Origin: Octopus vulgaris
Lineage: Eukaryota
DNA: 64,000 nt
Direction of reading: 5' to 3'
Assembly: GCA_951406725.2 (NCBI GenBank)
Contig: OX597818.1
Location: 49,414,001 to 49,478,000, forward strand
Shown here: piece by piece, positions 35,101 through 47,830 of the stretch
Layout of the letters: every line of letters begins with the position of its first letter
Position numbering within the stretch: the first letter of the stretch is position 1
Notes under the pieces: model-generated
What the model was told of the DNA's origin: nothing
Seen by the model: the letters and a program-made list of their open reading frames with translations, nothing else
Database searches by the model: none
Position numbers and translations under genes: made by a program

Positions 35101-36622
35101 AGGCAGCGAGCTGGCAGAAACGTTAGCACGCTGGGCGAAATGCTTAGTGGTATTTCGTCTGCCGTTACATTCTGAGTTCAAATTCCGCCGAGGTCGACTT
35201 TGCCTTTCATCCTTTCGGGGTCTATTAAATAAGTACCAGTTACGCACTGGGGTCGATGTAATCGACTTAATCCATTTGTCTGTCCTTGTTTGTCTCCTCT
35301 GTGTTTAGCCCCTTGTGGGTAATAAAGAAATAGGTATTTAGTCTGCAGTTACGTTCTGAGTTCAAATTCCGCCAAGGTCGACTTTGCCTTTCATCCTTTC
35401 GGGGTCTATTAAATAAGTACCAGTTACACACTGGGGTCGATGTAATCGACTTAATCCATTTGTCTGTCCTTGTTTGTCTCCTCTGTGTTTAGCCCCTTGT
35501 GGGTAATAAAGAAATAGGTATTTAGTCTGCAGTTACGTTCTGAGTTCAAATTCCGCCGAGGTCGACTTTGCCTTTCATCCTTTCGGGGTCTATTAAATAA
35601 GTACCAGTTACACACTGGGGTCGATGTAATCGACTTAATCCATTTGTCTGTCCTTGTTTGTCTCCTCTGTGTTTAGCCCCTTGTGGGTAATAAAGAAATA
35701 GGTATTTAGTCTGCAGTTACGTTCTGAGTTCAAATTCCGCCGAGGTCGACTTTGCCTTTCATCCTTTCGGGGTCTATTAAATAAGTACCAGTTACGCACT
35801 GGGGTCGATGTAATCGACTTAATCCATTTGTCTGTCCTTGTTTGTCTCCTCTGTGTTTAGCCCCTTGTGGGTAATAAAGAAATAGGTATTTAGTCTGCAG
35901 TTACGTTCTGAGTTCAAATTCCGCCGAGGTCGACTTTGCCTTTCATCCTTTCGGGGTCTATTAAATAAGTACCAGTTACACACTGGGGTCGATGTAATCG
36001 ACTTAATCCATTTGTCTGTCCTTGTTTGTCTCCTCTGTGTTTAGCCCCTTGTGGGTAATAAAGAAATAGGTATTTAGTCTGCAGTTACGTTCTGAGTTCA
36101 AATTCCGCCAAGGTCGACTTTGCCTTTCATCCTTTCGGGGTCTATTAAATAAGTACCAGTTACACACTGGGGTCGATGTAATCGACTTAATCCATTTGTC
36201 TGTCCTTGTTTGTCTCCTCTGTGTTTAGCCCCTTGTGGGTAATAAAGAAATAGGTATTTAGTCTGCAGTTACGTTCTGAGTTCAAATTCCGCCGAGGTCG
36301 ACTTTGCCTTTCATCCTTTCGGGGTCTATTAAATAAGTACCAGTTACGCACTGGGGTCGATGTAATCGACTTAATCCATTTGTCTGTCCTTGTTTGTCTC
36401 CTCTGTGTTTAGCCCCTTGTGGGTAATAAAGAAATAGGTACTTAGTCTGCAGTTACGTTCTGAGTTCAAATTCCGCCGAGGTCGACTTTGCCTTTCATCC
36501 TTTCGGGGTCTATTAAATAAGTATCAGTTACGCACTGGGGTCGATGTAATCGACTTAATCCATTTGTCTGTCCTTGTTTGTCCTCTCTGTGTTTAGCCCC
36601 TTGTGGGCAATAAAGAAATAAG
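35101..36622 (+). repeat. MetaSINE-derived tandem array, 8 x 184 bp behind one SINE head
   Basis: TCTGAGTTCAAATTCC recurs at 35171, 35355, 35539, 35723, 35907, 36091, 36275 and 36459. Confidence 0.95.
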
Positions 36623-36869
36623 TAACTGGAAATGCCTTGAGCTTGGCAAAGGAATAAATTTCTTTATTGCCAAATAAATGTAACTTGCTTTGCCACTTCT
36701 GTTGTGCCTGATTCTGAGTCATAAAATATTTGAAATGCTTAAAATAGTCCACAGCAGCCTTTGCTGAAATATCCATATGCAAAGATTTAAAACTGTATCC
36801 CAACACCAATTACTAGAATCAAAATTGTTAATGTATGGCAGTGAATTTGTTAATATAATTGGATTGTTT

Positions 36870-37192
36870 TTTATTTTATTTATGCGCCCTTTTCAAGCCT
36901 AGCCAGGCTCATGGGCCCGGTTTCCCGGTTTCTGTGGCGTATGTGTCCCCCCCCCCCCCCAGCTGGACGGGATGCCAGTCCATCGCAGCATTACTCAAGA
37001 AACAGGAAGAAAGTGTGAGAGAAAGTTGTGGCGAAAGAGTACAACAGGGGTCGCCACCACCCCCTGCTGGAGCCTCGTGGAGCTTTAGGTGTTTTTGCTC
37101 AATAAACACACACAACGCCCGGTCTGGGAATCAAAACCGCGATCCACCGACCACGAGTCCGCTGCCCTAACCACTGGGCCATTGCGCCTCCA
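36870..37192 (-). mobile_element. tRNA-derived V-type SINE
   Basis: Reverse complement of the 21630-21946 family. Confidence 0.85.
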
Positions 37193-38730
37193 CTAATTGT
37201 TTTGTACTGAGCGGTAATTGTCAAAATACAGAGAAATACACTGGAATAGTAGCATTTGTTAACATAAATTTGCTACTACAGTATAAAGGCAAACGATCAG
37301 TTAAACAAGGTCAATGAAGCATGTCTTTATATGAGGTTACATAGAAAAAAAAAAAAGCAAGAGGCATGAGGTCATATTGAAAGATGATACATAAAGTCAT
37401 ATGAACGAATGACTTTGTTTATTTATTTGTATCACCTGGACTAAGCTACAACAATAACCACAACGTCCTGTTTAGTTGTACTACACTGTAAGGTATCGTT
37501 TCATTATTAACTCGTTAAACTGGGTCACAAAGTGTGCTATTGTATCTGTATTAAATTGTCTAGCTGCATTTCACATTGTAAAGTGTCATATCTAATTTAA
37601 CTTGTGAGGTACTGTATAATTATGTCCAGCCTTATGGTTTCTTGAATAAATTCCTGTTAGATTTGATAGTAAGAACTGGGTTACTGTTCTACAAATATTC
37701 ACATAAGCTCAAAGACCTTACTTTGCTAGAAATAGTAACCAAATTCTTTCAGACCACACCATATCAAAATAATAATTTTCTACTACAGGCACAAGGCCAG
37801 CAATTTTAAGGGAAGGGGTCGATTACATCAACCAATGTACTGGACCAGTCCTTCATTTTACCAACCCTCAAAAGGTTGAAAGGCAAGTTGATATTAACAA
37901 CATTTGAACTTGAATATAAAGAAATGGAAGAAATGCCACTAAACATTTTGTCCAGTGCACTAATGATTCTGCCAACTTTCTGCCTTTACCATAATAATAA
38001 TAATATTCTTGTGTTTTTCTGTCACAACATATGAATGAGAAAGGAAGGGGTGATGGCAAACTTGGTAGTGGGATGATGGAAATTCTACAGTAAAAAAAAA
38101 AAATCAAACAGCGTTTCAACTCTGTGTATGGTTGTAAAAGGGAGGTATGTGAATGTTTGTGCGTGTGTGTGTACAAGGGAAGTGGGATGGTGAACATTCA
38201 ATGCTGAAAAGAAAAATCAAACAGCGTTTCAACTCTGTGTGAATGTATGTATGTGTCTGCATGTACAAGGGAAGTATGTGAATGTTTGTATGTGTGAACC
38301 GGCATTCTTTCGGTAATAAAATATCAAAGGCGTTCAGAGTATGGCAGATGCCTGATGGAGGGTATTCGCTTGGTTGCACCTTCGATATATATCGTCTTGA
38401 TCAAAACTGAATCTAGCACTAAATAGAAATAATTACATTGACTCATAATTACTTCATCATCATTTAATGTCCACATTTCCATGCTTGCGTTGGTTATATG
38501 GAATTTGCCAAGGTAGATCTCTCAATGGCTGGATGCCTTCCTTATCACCAACTCTCACCTGTTTCCAAGCTGAGTGGTAGTTTTCCATAGCTAGACATAT
38601 TTTTTTAACAAGAGACTGGAAACAAACACTTGTATGACAGTGGTGCTCATTTACAACCATCACATGATGTCAAGACAATATTACACACAAAAGCATACAC
38701 TTGTATGCATATACATTATATAGATACATT

Positions 38731-38777
<47 letters not shown>

Positions 38778-38780
38778 GTG

Positions 38781-38821
<41 letters not shown>

Positions 38822-38831
<10 letters not shown>

Positions 38832-39883
38832 CTACCTCTGCTGGTTACCAAGGCCTCTTACTCAGAATAAAAGGTAGACTGTATGACACATGTAAACGAA
38901 CAGCCATGCGACATGGCAGTGAAATATGGGCCATGACTGCTGAGGATATGTGTAAGCTTACAAGGAATGAAGCCAGTATATTCCGCTGGATGTGTAATGT
39001 CAGTGTGCATACATGACAGAGTGTAAGCACCCTGAGAGAAAAGTTGAATTTGAGACGCATCAGATGTGGTGTGCAAGAGAGACAACTGCACTGGTATGGC
39101 TGTGTGTTGTAAATAAATGAGGACAGCTGTGTGAAAAAGTGTTACACCCTAACAGTTGAGGGAACCTGTGGAAGAGGTAGACCCAGGAAGACCTGGGTTG
39201 TGGTGGTGAAGCGTGACCTTCAAACATTGGGCCTCACCAAGGCAATGACTAGTGACTGAGACCTTTGGAGATATGCTGTGCTTGAGAAGATCCAACAAGC
39301 CAAGTGAGACCATAACCTGTGGCCTATGCCAGTGGGTGTAACTAGCCCACTTATAAGTACCCCTCATTCATTGGACAATAAACTTTGCTTGTGAAGACCT
39401 GACTTGGCTGATGACAGTGCCGCCTGATTGGCACGAGTGTCAGTGGAACATTAAAAGCACATCCAAGCATGATCGTTGCCAGGGCCACAGACTGGCTCAC
39501 ATTCCGGTGGCATGTAAAAAGCACAATTCGAGTATGATCGTTGCCAGCATCGCTTTAGAAGCACATGTACCAGTGGCACGTGAAAAACAACATTCAAGCA
39601 TGGTCATTGCCAGGGCCATTGGACTGGCTCCCATGCAGGTACCATGTAAAAAACACCTTTTGAGTGTAGTCATTGCCAGAACCACTTGACTGGCCCTCAT
39701 GCCAGTGGCACATAAAAGCACACACTACACTCTCGGAGTGGTTGGCATTAGGAAGGGCATCCAGCTGCAGAAACTTTGCCAGATCAGATTGAGCCTGGTG
39801 CAGCCTTCTGACTCACCACTCCTCAGTCAAACCATCCATCCCATGCCAGCATGGAAAGCGGATGTTAAACGATGATGATGATG
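38822..39883 (+). mobile_element. 5'-truncated RTE LINE: degenerate ORF C-terminus plus repetitive 3' UTR and (GAT)n tail
   Basis: KGRLYDTC..TAMRHGSEIWAM...NEASIFRWMCNV and RGRPRKTW motifs. Confidence 0.85.
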
Positions 39884-39884
39884 A

Positions 39885-39912
39885 GATATAACATATATAT
39901 ACATATACATAC

Positions 39913-39974
<62 letters not shown>

Positions 39975-40028
39975 AGAGTTTATATATATATATATAGGGA
40001 GAGTTTATATATATATATATATATATAA
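39885..40028. repeat. Compound (TA)n tract with duplicated GGGAGAGTT insert
   Basis: Direct reading. Confidence 0.9.
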
Positions 40029-40190
40029 CAAACTTCTTTTCAGTTTCCTCTGTGTTAATTTAGAATTTTTATACTTTAAAGGACACTCATAGAGGAAGTG
40101 CTGAAAAGCTGTTTCATGAAAAGTCTCTTAAATTCCTAATTCTATATCGTCATATGGAATGCCCTCGAGAATCTGAGGTAACTGGTGATG

Positions 40191-40225
<35 letters not shown>

Positions 40226-41453
40226 CAACAATTAGTCCATAGCAGAGTTTCCAGAAGAGTTTAATTGCTGTGAGGAATGATGTCTCTAATGCTATATTCA
40301 CTTGTCATCTTTCAATGAGGAAGAGAAAAGCAGTGGCATTGTCATTTCGGCTGTGGACAGATTTCTTCTTTTTCACCTGGTCACAACCAAAGCAACGTCA
40401 CTCTTTTCTCTCTCTTCCCCTCTCTCATTCGAAGAGTTTCTTCTAACATCATGGCAATTAAATTTACCAAACTTTCATAAGGCATCATACAACATTGATT
40501 AGCTTTCTCGTGGTGCCAATTATTTTCAAACGTCTATGACTTGCAAACTTCTACACCTGACATACGGCATCTGCTGTTCCATATCACACTATCTGTAATC
40601 TACAAGTTAATAAGAAATCCTCTATATGGTCAGATAATCTGCTAGAAATAGCGGCCAAATCTCCTTTAAATCATACCCTTTCTCTTTTAAATAAGAAAGA
40701 CATTATATAATATATATTTCTTTATTGCCCACAAGGGGCTAAACATAGACGGGACAAACAAGGACAGACAAACGGATTAAGTCGATTACATCGACCCCAA
40801 TGCGAAACTGGTACTTTATTTATCGACCCCGAAAGGATGAAAGACAAAGTTGACCTCAGCAGAATTTGAACTCAGAATGTAATTATATAATATAGCTTCA
40901 CATATTAAAAGAGACGGAATGTTCATGGCTGGAATGTCTTTTACTGTTGGTCTGTTCAACAAGGTAGAACCTGGAATAAAATAGTAATCTGTATTATTTT
41001 TTGTCTTTTACTTGTTTCAGTCATTATACTGTGGCCATACTGGGGCACCACTTTGAAGAATTTTAATCAAATGAATTGACCACAGTACTTTGTATTTTTT
41101 TGTAAAGCCTGGTACTTATTCTATCGTTCTCTTTTGCCAAACCACTAGGTTATGGGGAACAAACAGAGCCACACGTGCACATACACACACACACACACAC
41201 ACACATGCACATACAATTGGCTTTTTTTCAGATTCCATCTACCAAATCCACGCACAAGGCTTTGGTTGGCCCAAGGCTATAGTAGAAGATACTTGTCCAA
41301 GGTGTCATGCAGTGGGATTGAACCCAGAACCATGTGGTTGGAAAGCAAGCTTCTTACCACACAGCAATGCTTGTGCTTATAACTATTCTATACATTTTAA
41401 CTCCCTTACACAAATGTTTCTACTTAACAAAAGCATATACTTGTATGCATATA

Positions 41454-42722
41454 CGAGGGGCGTTCAATAAGTAATGCCCCTGACCCACTTCCCATAGCAG
41501 TAGAGCAACGACACTTGGCACAGTTATTAGTCTTTTCCTACATAGGAACTACCCAGAGTTATGCATTTCTCCCATCGTTTGATACAGCTCTGGAGACCGT
41601 TTTTGTAGAAGACCCCAGCTTGGTCCTCCAACCACGACATGACTTCAGAAATCAAGGCTGCATCATCTGGGAAACGCTTTCCTTTCAAAATCAACTTCAT
41701 GGCTGGGAAGAGGTGAAAATCAGAGGGTGCAAGGGGAGGAGTTCATAGCTGCACGCCTGTGCTTCTGATCTGGCGACACGCGAGTTGTGGACCGGAGCGT
41801 TGTCCTGCAGGAGGAGGATGCCTTTGCTGATCTTGCCCCACCTCTTGATTTTGATAGCTTCTCTTAATTTCCTCAAAAGTGAAGCATAATAGGCTCCTGT
41901 AATTGTGGTACCCTTTGCCAGGAAATCTGTCATCACTACTCCGTCCTGGTCCCAGAAGACTGTGAGCATAACCTTGTCAGCGGAGGGCTGCACCCTTGCC
42001 TTCTTTGGAGGAGGTGAGTCACGGTGCTTCCACTGCATTGACTGGGCTTTGGTCTCTGGATCATAGTGATGGACCCAGGTTTCATCCTGTGTAATCAGTC
42101 TTTTGAAAAATTTTGACTCATCTTCTTGGCACATCTCCAAATTCATCCTCGAGCACTCAACACGTTCTTGCTTTTGGAAAGGTGTGAGCAACCTGGAAAT
42201 CCATCTGGCAGACACCTTTTGCATATGCAAATGGTCATGAATGATAGTTTCCACAGACCCGGTACTAATCTTGACCTTATGGGCTATTTGGCGAATAGTT
42301 ATGCGTTGACCTTCCAAAATGGCAGCCTCAACTTGACGGACAGACGTCTCATCAACGGCAGAAGGGGCGACCAGATCTGGGAGCTGTTTCCACAGAGTTC
42401 CAATTATGTTTGAATTCACAATGCCAGCGTTTTACAAGGTCATATGATGGGGCATCATCACCATAAGTTACTTTTATTTCATCAAAAGTCTCCCATGGTG
42501 TGCGTCCTTTCAAATACAAAAACCAGATCACTGCTCGACACTCAACAGGCTCCATTTCACACTTGACTCAGTTCAAACACTTGTAAATCAGAAACCACAA
42601 TTAGTTCAGAGCTGTAATTCACCACTTAATCTTTAGAGGTATAAATAAGTGCACATGCAAAATTTCAGCTAGATCAAACAACTGCAAGTGGGTCAGGGAC
42701 ATTACTTATTGAACGCCCCTCG
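41454..42722 (-). mobile_element. Full-length (1269 bp) defective mariner transposon, irritans-like
   Basis: TIR CGAGGGGCGTTCAATAAGTAATG.CCCTGACCCACTT at both ends, TA TSD; transposase 42555 to 41527. Confidence 0.95.
41527..42555 (-). pseudogene. Mariner DD34D transposase pseudogene
   Basis: ITQDETW, QDNAPVH and LAPSDFHLF motifs; frameshift near 42400 and loss of the HPPYSPD segment with a second frameshift near 41735. Confidence 0.92.
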
Positions 42723-42789
42723 TACATTATATAGATACATTTATATATATATATATGTGTGTGTGTATGTATATATATATATATATGTG

Positions 42790-43040
42790 TGGAAGGCCTG
42801 GGATGAGGTGGTGAAGCACTACCTTCGAACATTAGGCCTCACCGAGGCAATGACTAGTGACCGAAGCCTTTGGAAATATGCTGTGCGTGAGAAGACCCGG
42901 CAAGACAAATGAGACCACAACCCGTGGCCTTTACCAGGAGTGTAGCCAGCCCACTTATGCATACCTTTCCTTCTTTGGACACAAAACTCTGCTTGCAAAG
43001 ACCTGTTGAGGCAAGTGAAATGGAAATCGAATCAAATTGT
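42790..43040 (+). mobile_element. RTE LINE C-terminal fragment
   Basis: Homologous to 39188-39400. Confidence 0.75.
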
Positions 43041-43669
43041 CTTATGTACCTGAGCCCACTCAGATACATTACATTGAGGTTAGGTCTCTGATCTAAGGAT
43101 AACTTCTTTTCACAAGTCTCAAGTACTCTGAAAAGAACCACTCATGTCATCCTTCTTCTACTGATCCAGTGATAAAATTCATTAGCTTTAATCTTCACTT
43201 GCAGGTCATCATTTTTGTCTATCATCAACATGATCGTGCCTATACATTAAATACATTGAGATATACAAGGTCAATGACACAGACTTTGTTTCACTGACCT
43301 CTATAGCATTCATCCTAATCTCTCTTTCCTCAAGAACTATGCCATGGTCATATGAGGACTGAAACTTAACAGTACAAGTCTCTTGGTTACACTGCTGCCT
43401 ACTATGGTAAACTATAGCACCATAAGGTATTTACTTAGTGCAGGGTTATTGTTTCACCGCAACAAGTCAGCTCTATGCAGACCTATGATCAAAGATGGTA
43501 TTTTTCAGCTATTATCATGGTATCTTTTACTGTGTCAGGGAACACTTTGTTTGATGCAGCAGTTCCTAACTGGGGTCCATATGACCCTCAGGAGTCCATA
43601 TAAGATCCTTGGGGAATCCACACTAGCAAAATAGTAAATTGGGAATCCACAGCAATATTTTAAGGGTCC

Positions 43670-43997
43670 GTGACTGTGCTGGTGACATGTAAAAAGCATC
43701 ATCCAAACGTGGCAGGTGCCAGCGCCGCCTGACTGGCGACCGTGTCGGTGACACGTAAAAGCACCAACCGATCGTGGCTGTTTGCCAGCCACCTCTGGCC
43801 CCTGTGCAGGTGGCACGTAAAAAATCACACACTACACTCACGGAGTGGTTGGCATTAGGAAGGGCATCCAGCTGTAGAAGCACTGCCAGATCAGCCTGGA
43901 GCCTGGAGCAGCCTCCTGGCTTCCCAGACTCCGGTCAAACCGTCCAACCCATGCTAGCACGGAAAACAGATGTTAAACGATGACGATGATGATGATG
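43670..43997 (+). mobile_element. RTE LINE 3' UTR fragment
   Basis: Conserved tail and (GAT)n; similar copies at 53295-53570 and 56600-57070. Confidence 0.75.
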
Positions 43998-44980
43998 TAT
44001 TTATTGCAAGAAACAGTTAGGTTTCTTTAGCATTTTACACAATTCAACCTAAACAAGTGAATGTGTGAAAAACGAAATAGGAATTTTGAAAGAAGTATCT
44101 ATAAAACTAGTTTTTAAACATCAAATGGCTATGGAGATCCACTAGAATAAAATAGTAATCAAAGGGGTCCATAGATAAAAAGTTGTTGAGAACCGCTTGT
44201 CTAACATATCCCTCCATTTTTAAAACAGTAGGGTGCCATTTGAAGGAGATTTAGCTGCTATTTTCAGCAGGTCCAGCATCCTTGTCAGCTGATACTGCAA
44301 AGTAACCTGAACAGCTGAGAGTTTTGTCTCATGACCAAAGACATGAGACACTTGTCTAGAGGTGACTAATTTGTGATGAAATAGTAACTGTTTGTTACTG
44401 ACAATATTTTGACTAATTGTTTAATATCCTATCCTTTTTTTCTCCTCTATATATGTCTCAAGAAAAGGGAAGAAGTAATGTTCCCTATAATCCTCTCAAA
44501 GTCTATTCTGCAAGTTCAAATTCTGCTGAGACTGACTTTGCCTTTTATTCCTTCGGGGTCAATAAAATAACTACCAGTTGAGCACTGAGGTTGATGTAAT
44601 CGACTTTATCCTTCCTTCAAAAATAGCTAAGCTTGTGCCAAAATTTAAAACCATTATTAAGCAGGTATTTAAGGCAGTGAGCTGGCAGGATCATTAGCAT
44701 ACCAAACAAAATGCTTGGCAGATTTTCTTCCAGTTTACATTCTAAATTCAAATTATGCTGAGGTTGACTTTGCCTTTCACCCTTTCAGGATCAATAAAAT
44801 AAGCATCAGTTAAGTATTGGGTTCAAACAAATTGACCTTCTCCCTTCCCCAAAATTTCAGGCCTTGTGCCTATAAGAATCATCAGACTGGTGCTGGAACA
44901 TAAATTAATATGAAATTTTCATGAAAAGTTTTAATTTAGATAACTTTAAATATGAGGATTGTATCATAGAAACAATCTCA

Positions 44981-45395
44981 AGTGGCGAGCTGGCAGAAAC
45001 GTTAGCACACCGGGCAAAATGCTTAGCGGTATTTCGTCTGCCATTACGTTCTGAGTTCAAATTCAGCCGAGGTCAACTTTGCCTTTCATCCTTTCGGGGT
45101 CGATTAAATAAGTACCAGTTACTCACTGAGGTCGACATAGTCAACTTAATCCATTTGTCTGTCCTTGTTTGTCCTCTCTATGTTTAGCCCCTTGTGGGTA
45201 GTAAAGAAATAGGTATTTCGTCTGCTGCTACGTTCTGAGTTCAAATTCCGCCAAGGTCGACTTTGCCTTTCATCCTTTCAGGGTCCATAAATTAAGTACC
45301 TGTTATGCACTGGGGTCGACGTAATTGACTTAATCCATTTGTCTGTCCTTGTTTGTCCCCTCTATGTTTAGCTCCTTATGAGCAATAAAGAAATA
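44981..45395 (+). mobile_element. Dimeric MetaSINE-like element with 13-bp TSD
   Basis: TSD AGAAACAATCTCA at 44968-44980 and 45396-45408. Confidence 0.88.
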
Positions 45396-45986
45396 AGAAA
45401 CAATCTCAGGCAGGTTGGTATCAAAAGGGTTAAAATTCAAGCCAATGAATAAATTTCTTGACCTGCTAGAAATAGCAGAATAATTTCCCTTATATCATAC
45501 CTGCATAATCTCCATTACATCTTACCTGAACACCTTTAAAAAATGGCAAGGGCACACTGGATAATATAGTCCTAGAAAAACTATACCTGGAATATACATT
45601 TCGTTTATCATCAATTTCAGTTATATTTTTCATAATTTGTATTTAAATAACCTTTCCTCATATAAATAAATGGTAAATGTAACTTTTGGAAAAGCAATAA
45701 TATTTAATAATGTTACCAACAGAATGAGATTTATTTTAATTGCTAAATTAAGACCAAGTTATGAATAGATTTTTCTTTTTTTTTTTGCCTGTAATATAAA
45801 TAGATACTTTAGTGATTCTGTTCTAATAAAACATTTTTTTTTCTCCGTTATTCACTTACACTTAGTGTAGACTGTTACATTAATTGTCTGATTCAGTCAC
45901 CTATTAGTCTAATTACTCATAAATTAAGCCAATGAGAGGAAGCCTGTTTGTAGTCACTCAGCCTACTTAAAATAACAGTCAAAACT

Positions 45987-46390
45987 GGCGCAGGAGTGGC
46001 TGTGTGGTAAGTAGCTTGCTTACGAACCAGATGGTTCCGGGTTCAGTCCCACTGTGTGGCACCTTGGGCAAGTGTCTTCTACTATAGCCTCGGGCCAACC
46101 AAAGCCTTGTGAGTGGATTTGGTAGATGGAAACTGAAAGAAGCCCGTCGTATATATGTATGTATATATATATGTTTGTGCATGTGTGTGTGTGTTTGTCC
46201 CCCTAGCATTGCTTGACAACCGATGCTAGTGTGTTTACGTCCCCGTCACTTAGCGGTTTGGCAAAAGAGACCGATAGAATAAGTACTGGGCTTACAAAGA
46301 ATAAGTCCTGGGGTCGATTTGCTCGACTAAAGGCGGTGCTCTAGCATGGCCGCAGTCAAATGGCTGAAACAAGTAAAAGAGTAAAGAGTA
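45987..46390 (+). mobile_element. Full-length CORE-like tRNA SINE
   Basis: Head GGCGCAGGAGTGGCTGTGTGGTAAG, B-box-like GGTTCAGTCCC, CORE-like ACCTTGGGCAAGTGTCTT, tail (AAAGAGT)n. Confidence 0.88.
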
Positions 46391-46539
46391 AAACTCCTCA
46401 AACTGAAACCTGTTGCCTTAAAATACCTCTATACCAGATGTCATCTCATAGGGCTAAGAGTGCTGTCCTGGAACTGTGACAACCTCTTTTCTGTTGAAAA
46501 TAAAGGACTTCAACCAGTTATAGAGTTCGTCTCTTACAC

Positions 46540-46876
46540 CCAACGCAGATATTTACAAAGTCAGAAATCAGCACAGCTCCCATGACTTCAGGAAACATTT
46601 TTTCACGCTGTGAGTTGCTGAAGCATGGAACAAACTGCCGGCATCAGTTGTTAGTTGTCGGAGCACTGCATCCTTCAAAACTTCCATGCTTTCTGAGATT
46701 CGCCAACACTACACCTGATTTTCTCCCCTCCATACACACGCAAACATGTATCTGACTCATACACTGTTCACTTTCCAAACATTTGTACATTACTGCATAT
46801 GCTTTATATGCACTTTTTGACAAGTTGTGGTGCACCTGAGCACTGTATACAATAATTTCATTATTATTATTATTAT
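46540..46876 (+). mobile_element. CR1-type LINE 3' fragment with (ATT)n tail
   Basis: YKVRNQHSSHDFRKHFFTL...WNKLPASVV. Confidence 0.8.
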
Positions 46877-47420
46877 AAAATAGGAAGGTCATTGAGCTGA
46901 ATTATTGCTAGATATCCAGAAAGATGGGATGGTAAATCATAGGGTGACTCAATGAGGGTCTGACCTAAGGCTATCAACAGCATTCAGCTTCGATGCTTAA
47001 TCCCCCCCCCCCACATGCATTGGTAAACACTGAAGTGACAGACACATTGTTGCTATTGCAGTATATTTGTAGTCACCTACATTTATTTATTTACTTTTCT
47101 GCTGAACTGGGCATTAGTACTGACTGCAGTACTAGGAGAAAAGTTGGCAATGTTGTCTCTCCTAAGTACAAAAGCAGTTGTGTATGAGCCAACAAGGGAA
47201 CCTCAACATGGTTGCCTGAATGACTAGAAATAGCAGCCAAATTTCTCTCAGCTCAGACTTTACAATCAGTAAATATGTTGTTTCAATAAAAGAAAGGATG
47301 GTTATGGCTGGAATGTCTTTCATCATAGGGCTGTGTGATTAGAGTTGAACTTAGGATAAACAACAATGCTGCATACATGCATTAACACCAGCTTGAAATT
47401 GGATCACACATTCAATCTAT

Positions 47421-47608
47421 AGGCGCAAGAGTGGCTGTATGGTAAGTAGCTTGCTTACCAACCACATGGTTCCGGGTTCAGTCCCACCGTGTGGCACCTT
47501 GGGCGAATGTCTTCTACTATAGCCTCGGGCTGACCAAAGCCTTGTGAGTGGATTTGGTAGCCGGAAACTGAAAGAAGCCCGTCATATATATGAATATGTG
47601 TGTATATA

Positions 47609-47642
<34 letters not shown>

Positions 47643-47830
47643 GATATAGATATATGTGTGTGTGTGCGTGTGTCTGTTTTCATCCCCGTAATTTAGCAGT
47701 TTAGCAAAAGAGACCGATAGAATAAGTACTAGGCTTACGAAGAATAAGTCCTGGGGTCGACTTGCTTGACTAAAGGCGGTGCTCCAGCATGGCCACAATC
47801 AAAGGACTGAAACAAGCAAAAGAGTAAAAG
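47421..47830 (+). mobile_element. CORE-like tRNA SINE
   Basis: Same family as 45987. Confidence 0.85.

Noticed and set aside
35101-36622. CRISPR-like regular array
   Set aside because: Units are full-length near-identical repeats with no unique spacers; eukaryotic context, no cas genes.
36555-36809. 84-aa minus-strand ORF next to the satellite
   Set aside because: No convincing splice sites or motif, and it runs into SINE sequence.
41697-42419. Active or domesticated (SETMAR-like) transposase
   Set aside because: Two frameshifts, HPPYSPD missing, intact TIRs and no SET-domain exons: a dead mariner copy.
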